Shown here: piece after piece, positions 1 through 10,085 of the stretch | How positions within the stretch are numbered: the stretch's first letter is position 1 | Layout: every line of letters begins with the position of its first letter | Notes under the pieces: model-generated | Told to the model about the DNA's origin: nothing | Database searches by the model: none | What the model saw: the letters and a program-made list of their open reading frames with translations, nothing else | Position numbers and translations under genes: made by a program | IMG/VR virus record: IMGVR_UViG_3300036760_000522 | Span: 186,001 to 250,000 of that record | DNA length: 64,000 nt | Direction: 5' to 3' (one strand)

Positions 1-1149
1 CTCTTGCGACAAACAAAGACGTCCTCCGGCCAGCTTTGTGAACGGCTGGGCATTCGCACCAGAAAATCTCTGCGATGTAACCATCCGCCAGCTCTGACCA
101 AAGTCCCTGCTCACAAACCACGTCGCAATAGAAGGCACCACAGTGCTGTAGGCATAAAGACCGATGATCCCAGACTCCACTACCAATGACATCAACACAT
201 ATGCCGTGCTGCCAGCCAAAGGATTCGTGGCTGACGCCAATTGCGTCCAAGCGCTACTCGCCGACGGACTCGACAAAATAACCAAACCCACACTCAAGTC
301 GTCACTGACGATATACCAGACGTCCTCAACTTTGTCGTACGCTGTGAGGCGCTTTCCGTAGTCTCCTGCAAGGACAGGAAACGGTGGCGTCGAACACTGC
401 ACAGGTACCGGCAAGCTGACAAGGCTGAACGTGCTGCCATTCGCACTATAAACTATCTGGCTGTTGGAGCCACCCAACAGACCAATGGTCTTCCCAAGCC
501 CTGTGGCTAGGGATCGGATGGGTACTGACGACCCGTACGACACGCTTGTCCAACTAGCCACACCTCCAAGGTTACGTTCCAAAGTCGCCGTGCTGCCCAT
601 GTCACTCCAAGACGCCAGGAACACGTCATTGACACTGTCGTAGACCAAAGCTTGACAGATTTCGTCTGCGCCTAAACCGGCTCGTGTTTGCAACGTGAAC
701 ACAGGTACCGCCGCCAATGTGCCTTGGATGTACCCGTCAGTGTTTCCTGTAAACTGACGCAGACCAACAATGAAGGGTCCTGTTCGAGGCTTGACTGCTA
801 CACGCAAACACTCAGTTTCGTTGCTTTGATATGCCCCTATCACGCTGTTTCCAGTATCGCCCAATCCCGTAGCCACAAAGATCTTGAACTCATCAGCGGG
901 GTACCCCAAGTACGCGTTGGCCGTGATGATCGTGTAATGTGCCAAGTCTTCATTTGTTACAAGCGTACGATCCGCGAACTCAATGTCGGAACAGTCGTCT
1001 GCGACACCAAGAGATCCGAATTTCGTGAAAGACAACCAGTTGATTTCTGCAAACGTCCGCAAGCTTTCCAACATCTTGTTGACGTGGTCGTCGTCAAAGT
1101 CTTCACCTGTAAAAAAAGTGCCGAAAGGTTTGGGGTCTTGGTAGCTCAT
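1..1149 (-). CDS. Partial CDS (runs off the left edge): probable beta-propeller/Asp-box virion protein
   Basis: Absent from the ORF track. Manual translation from ATG 1149 (MSYQDPKPFG...) stays open for 383 codons to position 1. Contains Asp-box-like SRDFGQSW; starts 3 nt after the stop of the 2162-aa gene. Confidence 0.8.
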   Translation of the reverse strand, partial: MSYQDPKPFGTFFTGEDFDDDHVNKMLESLRTFAEINWLSFTKFGSLGVADDCSDIEFADRTLVTNEDLAHYTIITANAYLGYPADEFKIFVATGLGDTGNSVIGAYQSNETECLRVAVKPRTGPFIVGLRQFTGNTDGYIQGTLAAVPVFTLQTRAGLGADEICQALVYDSVNDVFLASWSDMGSTATLERNLGGVASWTSVSYGSSVPIRSLATGLGKTIGLLGGSNSQIVYSANGSTFSLVSLPVPVQCSTPPFPVLAGDYGKRLTAYDKVEDVWYIVSDDLSVGLVILSSPSASSAWTQLASATNPLAGSTAYVLMSLVVESGIIGLYAYSTVVPSIATWFVSRDFGQSWRMVTSQRFSGANAQPFTKLAGGRLCLSQE

Positions 1150-1152
1150 GGC

Positions 1153-4100
1153 TCAACACAGAGGCGATCCTAGGGGTCCGCCGATCTTAAAACAGTACAA
1201 ATCAGCCGTCATTGAGATAGCGTCGGATACTCCGATATCGAACGATTGAGGTCCGGGATCCACGGATACGCGCACTACGCCAGCACCCGGATCCCGCTCA
1301 ATCCGGTAGGTGTGGTACCGACCGTCCAGATAGTCGAGACTGATGGCACCCAAATATTTCCCATCTTGCTGATCCGAGACAATCGCGAAGCGCTCTGCTA
1401 TCCCGGAAGTCAACAAAGCAATCGCGACTGTAAACCCTGGCGCAGAAATTCCGAACCGAATCTGTGTGTCCCCGACACCAAGTGTCGAATCTGCGGCAAC
1501 TCGCAGTCGGAAAACAGCCTCCGTGATGAGACCAGGAGCATCGAGCAGCGGTGTCGGATTACGATACACTGTTGCCCCACCGACCGTACCATAGGACAAC
1601 GCACCCCCAGCAACGCTCGCGGAAACATCCACAGGAACGTCGCTCACAAGCTCCCAAGGCGTCGGCGCCGTCGTGTCGTTCTCAGGCAGAACTGTGCCGT
1701 CGTATGTCAAACAGACTTCTCTAACGTACTGGAATCCTCCAAGCTCAGGTCCACACGAATCATCAGCCGGCGCGATCAGCGCCAGGGCCCCAGTCGATTG
1801 TTCGATGACATCCAAACACGAGTACAAAATGTCATCCGGCACTTCAAGTCGAATGCGTGTTGAACCGTCATTCAAAACGAAGTCACCGTCATTGTTGAGC
1901 ACGTCTTCGGGGTTGTTCAGGACCGAGACGAACTCTGTAACGACGTAAGGAGCACGCGTCTCAAAAGTCTGCGTACTCGGCACCAACGGCGTACCTTCAT
2001 TGAGTTGGGTCCAAGCAGGCAAGCCAGGGTCTGCTAAGAAGTCAGGGTCCTTCCTCGGAACAATGCCGGTCGAGCTAGACTTGAAACTTGTCAGCTCATG
2101 TGGCAAAACTGTGTAGAGGCGCTCAGGACTCTCCATCACGTTCCACTGGTTGATGACTTGATGATGTGGAGCAATACGGAGCTCGGTCGGGCTCCGAGTA
2201 ATCCCGTATCGAACGTAGTTCCAACTCGACTGACACAGGTTTTCTGGACTGAACGAACCAAACACGATCGCGGGTAACGCAGCTGACAACGTCAACACGA
2301 TCCCAGAACTGCTACCTGGCAAGTCAGTAGAACTGTAGCTGATCCTGATCAGCGGATTAGGATCAGAGTCGAGAAACAAATCGACTTCTCCTGTACTGTC
2401 CTTGGACAACCGATACTTGTGCGAAATTGACCAGTCAGTCTCGCGAAGAATGCGATAATCAACTAACGATGGAGCAAGAGGCCATGTTGACGGGATCGTC
2501 AGAGTTGTCGAGCTCCCAACGCCGGAAATTTCATAGACGCCCTTGTTGGCCCCCGCGTCGACAATCAACAAATCGCCTGCAACCACACCAGAACCAAAAA
2601 AGTCCGCTAGAGGGTCTCCCAAGGCGTTACCGTTGATAGCGACGTTCCGTCCTGTGATCTTGGTCGAGGTGTGGTAACCCGTTAAAGCGTTAGGGTCGTA
2701 ACCCTTCCAAATACCAACAAAGCGTTGTAGGTCCGACCGTACTCGCCAAGCGTTGCAGTAATGCCAGTCTGCGACCGAAATCGATCCAACACTTACAGGT
2801 GTTGCCGATCCGAACGAGACCATGGCGTCAGTCGGGACAGGAACAGTGAACGAACTGTAGGCAAGTGACCCTACAAAAGTCCCGTCAATAAACAATGACA
2901 CCAAATCACCTGTCGTACTCTTCGACAAACGATACGTGTGAGGGTCTCCGTCAAACCAATCGAATGCAAAACGTCCAGGGACAAAGGGAACACCATCCGA
3001 GCAAAACGTCACATAGCGTACTCCTGCCAAAATCTCGAATTGCACACCAACGGCTCTGGCCCCATCGTACGCTTGAGCAAAGACCCCCGCAAAGCCAGAG
3101 CCATCGACGGTGTAGGAAATTGCTTCAACTCGAAACTCGAAAATGTAATCGACTCCTGACGCAATCACCCGCTGGTCTGAGAGAACAGGTTCCAGGTCTT
3201 CAATGAAGTAGAGAACGCCATCTGCGACCGAAGCGTCCGTCAGTCGAAGAATTCGTCCCACCATTGCAACGGCACTGCCGCCCGTTCGGGTCCAAACATA
3301 GGGCGAGAAATCCTCAGGCAGAGAACGTCCTCCATAGCTCAGCTTCGGAACCGCAGCGTCAGCGAGAAAACAGACTTGTGTCAGACGTTGACTGTCATCT
3401 ACTGCGAACATCAAACCGTACGGGTCGACGCCGTGTGTTTGTGTTCGGCCTTGCACTTCAACATCCACCACGAACTGTGAGGCTGAAGTGAGCAGCGGTT
3501 CCAGGCGTACGAAGCCTCGGAAGTCACCACCTATCAAACCAACTTGTGTGGCAGTAGAGGTGTCAGTAGCGCTTGTTGAGTCAAGCAGCAGAGTGTTAGT
3601 CGCTAGGATTGTTTCCGTTCCGTGGAAACCAATTGGGATCCACGGCTTGGCGTCGACCTCAGGCTCAACATTCGCCTCGTAACTCACGAAGCTGGATGGT
3701 GCCGTCTGTAACGCATTGGTCGGCAGGACTAAATACCGAACGAAATCCCACGCAGACACACTCGCAGCAGGACGAGACACTGAACCAAAGAAAACGTCCT
3801 GAACTTCGTCGAATGGTGAAGCCAGCTCTTCCAGAAACGGGGCTTCAACAGCAAGGATACGCAGAGTCTCAACAACTTCACCATCGACATAGAGCCGGAC
3901 TGTCCCGGAAAGATCACGGTAGAATCTGTAGCTGTGCAACACCCCCCAATCAAAATTGGCAGGCAGATTGGTTGGGTTGCCGAGTGTATCGACTCCTCCT
4001 GTCCACGCAGACACTAAGGCAGGATTGTCAGCGGATCCGCGTTTCAAGAGTCCAATTTTCTTGACGCCGGCAACATCCAAAAACCCGATTACGAAAGCCG

Positions 4101-7100
4101 AGACATCTTCAGTGAAGCCAGCAGCCACTCCTGTAAAGACGCCGTCGAGCGTCGCAGAAGTGATCTGAAAGCGCCAAGAAAGAGCTAGGATGTGAGGGAA
4201 GGACGTGTCGACTGTTCGAGTCCAGAAAATTGGTTGTCCAAAAGGGAAAGCTCCCGTCGATGCATCGATCACCGTTAGGACGCCAGCAGACGTGCTCGTG
4301 GTGCCTGTTCCACGGCGTACCCAAGGGACAGAATCAAGCTCAGGTAGTGTCGTGGCTTCGTAACTTACGAACGACTCGTTGACAATTCGTGTTTCCGAAG
4401 GGTACGCGATCCGGTGCGTCGGGCTGTTGAGCAATAGAAGCGTCGGATCGTTCAGAACCGGAGTATAGGCTCTCTCATAAGCACGATAGTGCAATTCCCG
4501 AAGCTGAGGCGGGTCAAGAGGTGCCGAGATGTCGAGGGGTGTGTAGTCACTCGGACGAATCAAAACGTTTCGGTACTGGTAAACGTGAGCTGATCGTGGC
4601 GAGACGTTGTTGAGTCGAAACTCCTTCGAGTTCAAACGCCGGATCTCTACGGTTGGGTTGCAACACCAGCTGTAGTTCACAGACACGAAGTCGTCAGGGT
4701 CAGGAGTAGTAGGCAGGACCACCTGACCCAACAACCCAATCACAGCATCCGGCACAACAAGGTTGCCGTTGACGATGACTTCAACATCGGAAGGGTCATC
4801 TGCAATCTCACCGTTGCGCGGATCAAAGAGTTCCCAAAACAAGGTTCCGCTGGATGGTTCCGGAACAGTGAAACTTGCTTGCAAGCGTGCTTGCGTCGAA
4901 GACGGTACGGACAATATTTTGAAAGTACCGGAAACCGTCGAGTACACAGTTCGGCTACCCGAACCTGTAAACAGTTCCAGCTTCACACTGTCCGCCGCGG
5001 ACAGTGAATCGTTGATCTGAACAGCCAACCCGACCACGGACGAACTCGTTGTCGGTGGTAGCCCCAAAGATCCGAGACGTAAGTATAGACCAACATGTTG
5101 TGCTGTGAGTGTCGCACCAGGCAACGTTACCTGTGACACACTGGTGATCGAAGCCCCAGAGCCTCTTTGTAGAACCAGCGGAGGGCGGGCAATGGGACCG
5201 CGATCTGTGAAAACGCTGCGTACAGTCAAAGGAACAGAAGACGAGAAGATTGCGGTATTGAAAGTCGGATCGGTCGGGTTACCTGCCACGTCCGTAGGCG
5301 TACCCAAAATGTTGACCGCCAACTGATACGATCCACTTCCAAGTCCCAGTGTTTCTAGAGAAACGCTTTCTGGACTGGTCGACCACACACGCTTGATTGC
5401 AACGCTCGTAGGACCTGTGATCGAATACTCGACAGGCGTCGTGAGCACACCGTTGGTCCGCATCGGCTGGTCAAACACGACAGTCACAACGCCTTCGTCT
5501 GTGACCGTCGTAGACTGGACCTGAGGACCAAGAATACCTGATGTGTAAAACACGTGATCGAAATCAAACAACGTATCCGCTCGTGTGCGGAGACCTCGAA
5601 TCTCAAGCAAGTAGTTCGCTTGATTGGTCAGCTTGTTCGTCGTCTCAAAAGCTATCTGTTCGACGGCCGAGAGATGACGCCAGCTGAGCGATCCGTTCTG
5701 GGAGTCCACCAAAGGTAACCGACGATCGATCTGAACGTCAATTGTAGTTAGTCCAGCTGTCGAAGCAGAACCTGTTGTGACAGGAAAGTCTGTTCCGTTG
5801 ACGTTCACTTGGTCGGAAATACCGACGGTGTCTCCCGACACAATGATAGGACCGACCGAAACGATCCGATAGACCCCCGGCACACGACCATTAAGAATTT
5901 CAATGTAGGAACCAACATCGTGACCAATGAACCCCCCATCGAGACGCAAAGTGTCCGAAAGAAAGTTGAGGTCCTGTACGTTGACCAGTAACCCTGTACT
6001 GCCCGTTTGAAGCACGTTCGCGATAGGGTTCGCACGCTGAATGTGCGCGGGCACACCGCCAGGTAGTGCGAGAAGTCGGTAGTGCGTGAGATCTTGAACG
6101 CCTGCGAACATCAGCTCAGGCACGGTCAACGTGACCCCAAACCCGTCGCTCGAAACAACGACAGGCACAGGGGTCTCGAGTTCAACCGTTACAAATTCAA
6201 ATATTGTAACGACGTCTTCGAGAACTCGCACGTTATCGGAAACGCGTGTGACGCTGTCTGTGACCGTATCGGAATCAGACAGGATCCGATCGACCTCAGC
6301 ACGCTCGGCTAAGACAGTATCGCCGGCTGTGACGCTGTCTTCGAGGACACGTGCGTTGTCTGAGTCTCGAGCGATCTCGTCTGGAATGTCGAAAATCGTG
6401 TCGTCAACATCAATGTCTACATCGATCGACTCCGCCAAGACGGTGTCCGTCGGACTAGCTACAACATCCGACAAAGAGACATCGACCAGACGATTCAAGA
6501 GAACAGCCAGATCGTCAAAAACAACGAGTAGTTCGATGAACTCTCGTACCCAAGCGACATCGCGAAGAATCGTCTCCGTCAGCGCCAATGAATCTGAAAC
6601 AACGACGCCACGTTCAGCGGTAACAAAGACTTGATCGGTGACCGCCGCAGTATCCGCCAGTGAAATGGCAATGGCCACTGAAGCTGAAACTGAATCCAGT
6701 ACGGTATCTGTGTCGGTAGCGAATCGCTCGTAAGGGACATCGATCGAGAGTGTGTCGCCGATGGAAATTGTGTCGCTAGCAATACCTCCTAGAATCGTCT
6801 CTACAGTGGTTGTGTCAGCAGCAACAATCGCATCCGAAAATTCCCGCTCATACAAGTTCCCAGCACTAAGGAGTTCCGTCAGCGAGACAATGTCTGCGAC
6901 TACCCGCTCATAGAAGACGTCAAGGGCAGTCGAGTCCGCAGTCGAGTCAATATCTTCGGAACTTCGCTGAAACTCGGCAGTTCTCGTAAGTTCGTCAAAA
7001 ACCGAAATCGTGTCGGCAGGGAAGACTGTCTCAACCAACAAAGAGGTGTCCGAAACACTGATCGTGTCGGATGCTTCCCGGGCGGTATTAGCCTCGGTGC

Positions 7101-7641
7101 TGATCTGATCGGTAAAGCTTGGGGCGTCCGAAACATCTCGTACATAGTTAGTCGCAACTTCCAATTGGTCGGTGACGGAAATCGTGTCATCACCAGAAAC
7201 ATTGGGCTCTGAAGTGACCTGATCCGTGAGTGTCGCAGTGTCGCTCGCATCACGGACGTAATCCGTGCTTGCTGCGATCTCGTCAGTAAAGCTGACGTTG
7301 TCGTTTACTCCGTAGAATCCCTCGATGACCAGTTGGTCAGCGACACTGAAGACATCGCTGACGCTACGTACGTAGTTGGTTTCGGCGAGACGCTCATCAA
7401 CCGCGCCTAAAACATCCGGCGAAGGTGTTCTTTGGAAGTCTAGACTCGTAAGTGCCGTGTCAGCGACGGAATCTGAATCCGAAGCTGACCGGTCGTAAGC
7501 GCTGGCACTCGACCCTGTGTCTGTGGTCGAAACAACGGACTCGTCGATGGTCGCCGAGTAGAGCGTACCAGTCGACGTGACTTCGCTCAGCGTGTGCGGG
7601 TCCTCGACCGCAATGGAATCGCCTAGTGTAACGTCGATCAC
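1153..7641 (-). CDS. Giant virion structural protein (2162 aa): N-terminal Asp/Ser/Thr repeat stalk followed by Ig-like and repeated lectin-like beta-sandwich domains (baseplate/fibre associated)
   Basis: Long ORF with beta-rich composition; ~20-aa repeats in the first ~490 aa; four (S/T)YxxxxxPE ... HxYR modules. Confidence 0.8.
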   Translation of the reverse strand: MIDVTLGDSIAVEDPHTLSEVTSTGTLYSATIDESVVSTTDTGSSASAYDRSASDSDSVADTALTSLDFQRTPSPDVLGAVDERLAETNYVRSVSDVFSVADQLVIEGFYGVNDNVSFTDEIAASTDYVRDASDTATLTDQVTSEPNVSGDDTISVTDQLEVATNYVRDVSDAPSFTDQISTEANTAREASDTISVSDTSLLVETVFPADTISVFDELTRTAEFQRSSEDIDSTADSTALDVFYERVVADIVSLTELLSAGNLYEREFSDAIVAADTTTVETILGGIASDTISIGDTLSIDVPYERFATDTDTVLDSVSASVAIAISLADTAAVTDQVFVTAERGVVVSDSLALTETILRDVAWVREFIELLVVFDDLAVLLNRLVDVSLSDVVASPTDTVLAESIDVDIDVDDTIFDIPDEIARDSDNARVLEDSVTAGDTVLAERAEVDRILSDSDTVTDSVTRVSDNVRVLEDVVTIFEFVTVELETPVPVVVSSDGFGVTLTVPELMFAGVQDLTHYRLLALPGGVPAHIQRANPIANVLQTGSTGLLVNVQDLNFLSDTLRLDGGFIGHDVGSYIEILNGRVPGVYRIVSVGPIIVSGDTVGISDQVNVNGTDFPVTTGSASTAGLTTIDVQIDRRLPLVDSQNGSLSWRHLSAVEQIAFETTNKLTNQANYLLEIRGLRTRADTLFDFDHVFYTSGILGPQVQSTTVTDEGVVTVVFDQPMRTNGVLTTPVEYSITGPTSVAIKRVWSTSPESVSLETLGLGSGSYQLAVNILGTPTDVAGNPTDPTFNTAIFSSSVPLTVRSVFTDRGPIARPPLVLQRGSGASITSVSQVTLPGATLTAQHVGLYLRLGSLGLPPTTSSSVVGLAVQINDSLSAADSVKLELFTGSGSRTVYSTVSGTFKILSVPSSTQARLQASFTVPEPSSGTLFWELFDPRNGEIADDPSDVEVIVNGNLVVPDAVIGLLGQVVLPTTPDPDDFVSVNYSWCCNPTVEIRRLNSKEFRLNNVSPRSAHVYQYRNVLIRPSDYTPLDISAPLDPPQLRELHYRAYERAYTPVLNDPTLLLLNSPTHRIAYPSETRIVNESFVSYEATTLPELDSVPWVRRGTGTTSTSAGVLTVIDASTGAFPFGQPIFWTRTVDTSFPHILALSWRFQITSATLDGVFTGVAAGFTEDVSAFVIGFLDVAGVKKIGLLKRGSADNPALVSAWTGGVDTLGNPTNLPANFDWGVLHSYRFYRDLSGTVRLYVDGEVVETLRILAVEAPFLEELASPFDEVQDVFFGSVSRPAASVSAWDFVRYLVLPTNALQTAPSSFVSYEANVEPEVDAKPWIPIGFHGTETILATNTLLLDSTSATDTSTATQVGLIGGDFRGFVRLEPLLTSASQFVVDVEVQGRTQTHGVDPYGLMFAVDDSQRLTQVCFLADAAVPKLSYGGRSLPEDFSPYVWTRTGGSAVAMVGRILRLTDASVADGVLYFIEDLEPVLSDQRVIASGVDYIFEFRVEAISYTVDGSGFAGVFAQAYDGARAVGVQFEILAGVRYVTFCSDGVPFVPGRFAFDWFDGDPHTYRLSKSTTGDLVSLFIDGTFVGSLAYSSFTVPVPTDAMVSFGSATPVSVGSISVADWHYCNAWRVRSDLQRFVGIWKGYDPNALTGYHTSTKITGRNVAINGNALGDPLADFFGSGVVAGDLLIVDAGANKGVYEISGVGSSTTLTIPSTWPLAPSLVDYRILRETDWSISHKYRLSKDSTGEVDLFLDSDPNPLIRISYSSTDLPGSSSGIVLTLSAALPAIVFGSFSPENLCQSSWNYVRYGITRSPTELRIAPHHQVINQWNVMESPERLYTVLPHELTSFKSSSTGIVPRKDPDFLADPGLPAWTQLNEGTPLVPSTQTFETRAPYVVTEFVSVLNNPEDVLNNDGDFVLNDGSTRIRLEVPDDILYSCLDVIEQSTGALALIAPADDSCGPELGGFQYVREVCLTYDGTVLPENDTTAPTPWELVSDVPVDVSASVAGGALSYGTVGGATVYRNPTPLLDAPGLITEAVFRLRVAADSTLGVGDTQIRFGISAPGFTVAIALLTSGIAERFAIVSDQQDGKYLGAISLDYLDGRYHTYRIERDPGAGVVRVSVDPGPQSFDIGVSDAISMTADLYCFKIGGPLGSPLC
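6170..7641 (-). repeat. Protein-level tandem repeat, ~18-21 aa unit (x-D-x5-D-x7-Y-x-R), over 20 copies
   Basis: e.g. SDVFSVADQ, SDTATLTDQ, DDTISVTDQ, SDAPSFTDQ, SDTISVSDT; degenerate at DNA level. Confidence 0.85.
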
Positions 7642-7748
7642 ACACTACCGCCCAAATCCGAACACCTACTAACGAACCGGATCAAAAGTGTTTTCCAGCG
7701 GCATCAGAAGGGACCTCACGTCTCAAAAAACAGCTGTTTCATCTGTTT

Positions 7749-8096
7749 TTGAACTGGGTTAAGCAGGAGAAGCGAAGGGACACGCGGAAATTGAAACAAA
7801 ACCACCAACGGCTCGCACACGAGCTCATGCAGTCACTGGGAAGCTGCCTCAAGCAGCCATTTCAACTTGTCGCTTACACTTCACACACGTCCCGAAATCC
7901 AGGCGCCGTCACATCGCTGTACTTCGTTGTGAGTTGTAAGCAAACCGACGTACGCGTTGATGTGACCTCCGACGGATTCGAAATCCAGCCCAACCAGGGG
8001 AACGCCAAGACACACACTACGGAGAGGGAACGCCACGATCAGAAGTCGTTGGTCGTACGCTTGCAAAGCTTACTCGACGGTTTCGGCCCGAACTGA
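7749..8096 (+). CDS. Hypothetical protein
   Basis: 115-aa ORF filling the gap at the start of the plus-strand island; start uncertain. Confidence 0.5.
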   Translation: MNWVKQEKRRDTRKLKQNHQRLAHELMQSLGSCLKQPFQLVAYTSHTSRNPGAVTSLYFVVSCKQTDVRVDVTSDGFEIQPNQGNAKTHTTERERHDQKSLVVRLQSLLDGFGPN

Positions 8097-8124
8097 GCGA
8101 AAGTGTTTTTGCTCTGTCTAGGTA

Positions 8125-8436
8125 GTGACCGTCCGTCGAATTGTCTCTCGCTACAAAGAAGGGATCATCCCGGCTTCTTACTTCAAGTCGGGCACAATAG
8201 TTCTCTACGGCAAGTACAAAAATCACCGCGGGAGAGTTGCGGGCTTTGGTCAAGACAAGTGGGGAAATCCGACGATTGAAATCGAACCCATTCCCAAAGG
8301 GCGCAAGCAAAACAAGGTCATCGGGCTCTACAGGATCTGGCGGGCGGATGTAAAAGAAAAAGCTCTGGCCGCTGTTCGCAAGACCGTAGCTCAACGCATT
8401 GTTGAACGACACCGCCAAGCAAATGGGACGTCCTAG
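8125..8436 (+). CDS. Small basic protein with KOW/SH3-like core; candidate internal virion protein
   Basis: GTIVLYGKYKNHRGRV core; N-terminal RRIVSRYKEG and C-terminal QRIVERHRQA leader-like motifs. Confidence 0.7.
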   Translation: MTVRRIVSRYKEGIIPASYFKSGTIVLYGKYKNHRGRVAGFGQDKWGNPTIEIEPIPKGRKQNKVIGLYRIWRADVKEKALAAVRKTVAQRIVERHRQANGTS

Positions 8437-8456
8437 TCATTGGTGTTTCAGTATCC

Positions 8457-9515
8457 GTGAAAGCACCGTTCCCGTACTTCGGCGGCAAAAGCCGGGTCGC
8501 TCAGGCTGTCTGGAAGGCGTTCGGAGAAAACGTACCGAACTACATAGAACCGTTCTGCGGGTCCTGTGCAGTGCTTCTTGCTCGCCCCGGTGGGCCCGGA
8601 AAGATTGAAACTGTCAACGACGGTTGTTCCTACATTTGCAATTTCTGGAGATCAATCAAACACAACCCACAAAAAACTGCCGAGTGGTGCGACTGGCCTG
8701 TGTCCGAACTCGATTTGCATGCACGTCACGCATGGCTCATCAAGCAGTCGATCGATCTCCGCGAGAAGCTCCGAGCTGATCCCGACTACCACGACGCCAA
8801 AATCGCAGGATGGTGGGTCTGGGGGATCTGCCAATGGATCGGAGGGGGTTGGTGCAAAACCCCCTACCAACAAAGGCCGCACCTACATGATGGCGACCGA
8901 GGTGTGAACGCGGCAGAAAAACAGCTGAAGCAACAAATCCCTGGGATCCACGCTTCCGGTGTGCACAGCTTTGGAACACGTCTCCCAGCTATCGGCAACG
9001 ATCGGGCGCTCAATGGCCTGACTGCATCACCGGCACTCGAATGGTTTCAAATGCTCTCACAACGCCTCAGGAGAGTTCGATTGGTCCACGGCGACTGGAC
9101 CAGGGTACTCGGGTCTTCGACGCTTGGGAAGGGCAGGAACGTCGGAGGAAGACGGCCTACAGCTGTTTTTCTCGACGCCCCTTACGACGACGAGTTACGG
9201 GACCCTGGACTCTACACTGAGGATACAAAAAACCTCTCAGTGAAAGTCCGCATTTGGGCCCTTGAGCACGGTGATGATCCAGACCTCAGGATCGCACTTT
9301 GTGGGCTTGCGTCGGAGCACGACGGCCACATGCCGGCGACTTGGCGTGTCCATCGTTGGACGGGGGCTTCCGGCTACTCACGTGGAAAAAACCGAAGTCG
9401 TACACGCCACGAAGAAACAATTTGGTTCAGTCCGCACTGCCTCCATGCCGAAATGGACGAAACACTTTCGGCGCTCCACAACTTCGATTCAATTTCAGAA
9501 GCCTCTGATTCGTAG
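8457..9515 (+). CDS. DNA adenine methyltransferase (D12/Dam-like)
   Basis: PFPYFGGKSR, YIEPFCGSCAV (motif I), VND and FLDAPY (DPPY variant). Confidence 0.85.
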   Translation: MKAPFPYFGGKSRVAQAVWKAFGENVPNYIEPFCGSCAVLLARPGGPGKIETVNDGCSYICNFWRSIKHNPQKTAEWCDWPVSELDLHARHAWLIKQSIDLREKLRADPDYHDAKIAGWWVWGICQWIGGGWCKTPYQQRPHLHDGDRGVNAAEKQLKQQIPGIHASGVHSFGTRLPAIGNDRALNGLTASPALEWFQMLSQRLRRVRLVHGDWTRVLGSSTLGKGRNVGGRRPTAVFLDAPYDDELRDPGLYTEDTKNLSVKVRIWALEHGDDPDLRIALCGLASEHDGHMPATWRVHRWTGASGYSRGKNRSRTRHEETIWFSPHCLHAEMDETLSALHNFDSISEASDS

Positions 9516-9523
9516 GTACTAAC

Positions 9524-9841
9524 ATGGCTTCCAAAATCACGATCGGCTGTAGCCCTTGGGGAGAAAACTGTGCACAGCTCGGACAACCCGGCTACGTTGA
9601 GCTCGCCCAGAGAGAGCTCAAGGCTTTCAAGGCTCAGCTAGAGCGTCACTTTGCCGCCAAACACAACGGCGCAAAGCCGACATGTCATCTTGTCATTGTC
9701 GGCAACGAACACGATTACGGGACATACTACGACGTCCAAGCCAGTTACCGAAACGGGACGGAAGAGGTCGACGCATTCTGGCTCGAGAGCAACACACCAG
9801 AAAACTGGGATGCTACAGCCACAGCCGAGCTCAACGCATGA
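9524..9841 (+). CDS. Hypothetical phage protein (HDYGTYYDV motif)
   Basis: Clean ORF 8 nt after the methylase; ATGA overlap with the next gene. Confidence 0.75.
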   Translation: MASKITIGCSPWGENCAQLGQPGYVELAQRELKAFKAQLERHFAAKHNGAKPTCHLVIVGNEHDYGTYYDVQASYRNGTEEVDAFWLESNTPENWDATATAELNA

Positions 9842-10083
9842 CTTTCACAGAATGGAAGCAAGCCTGCCTCACGACACTAGAAGATATCGGGCTACTCATC
9901 GATGACTTGTGGGATTCAGACGATCCTTACGAAGTCTTCCACATGAGCAGAGAGGCTTACAAAGCGCAACAAAGCCCGCGAAGTTTTGTCGAGGACATCT
10001 TCTCAGAGGAGATTGCGCGAGCTGAGGGCGAAGCTCAAGAACGGCGCGACGCGAACGCACACTACGTGGACAGCGAAGAATGA
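9838..10083 (+). CDS. Small acidic protein (81 aa)
   Basis: Start reassigned to ATG 9838 (ATGA overlap); 21 of 81 residues are Asp/Glu. Confidence 0.7.
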   Translation: MTFTEWKQACLTTLEDIGLLIDDLWDSDDPYEVFHMSREAYKAQQSPRSFVEDIFSEEIARAEGEAQERRDANAHYVDSEE

Positions 10084-10085
10084 AT

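Noticed and set aside
4-7253. Many plus-strand ORFs of 60-205 aa (e.g. 688..1173, 1246..1863, 6131..6634)
   Set aside because: They are antisense shadows of the long minus-strand genes, with no SD or recognisable motifs.
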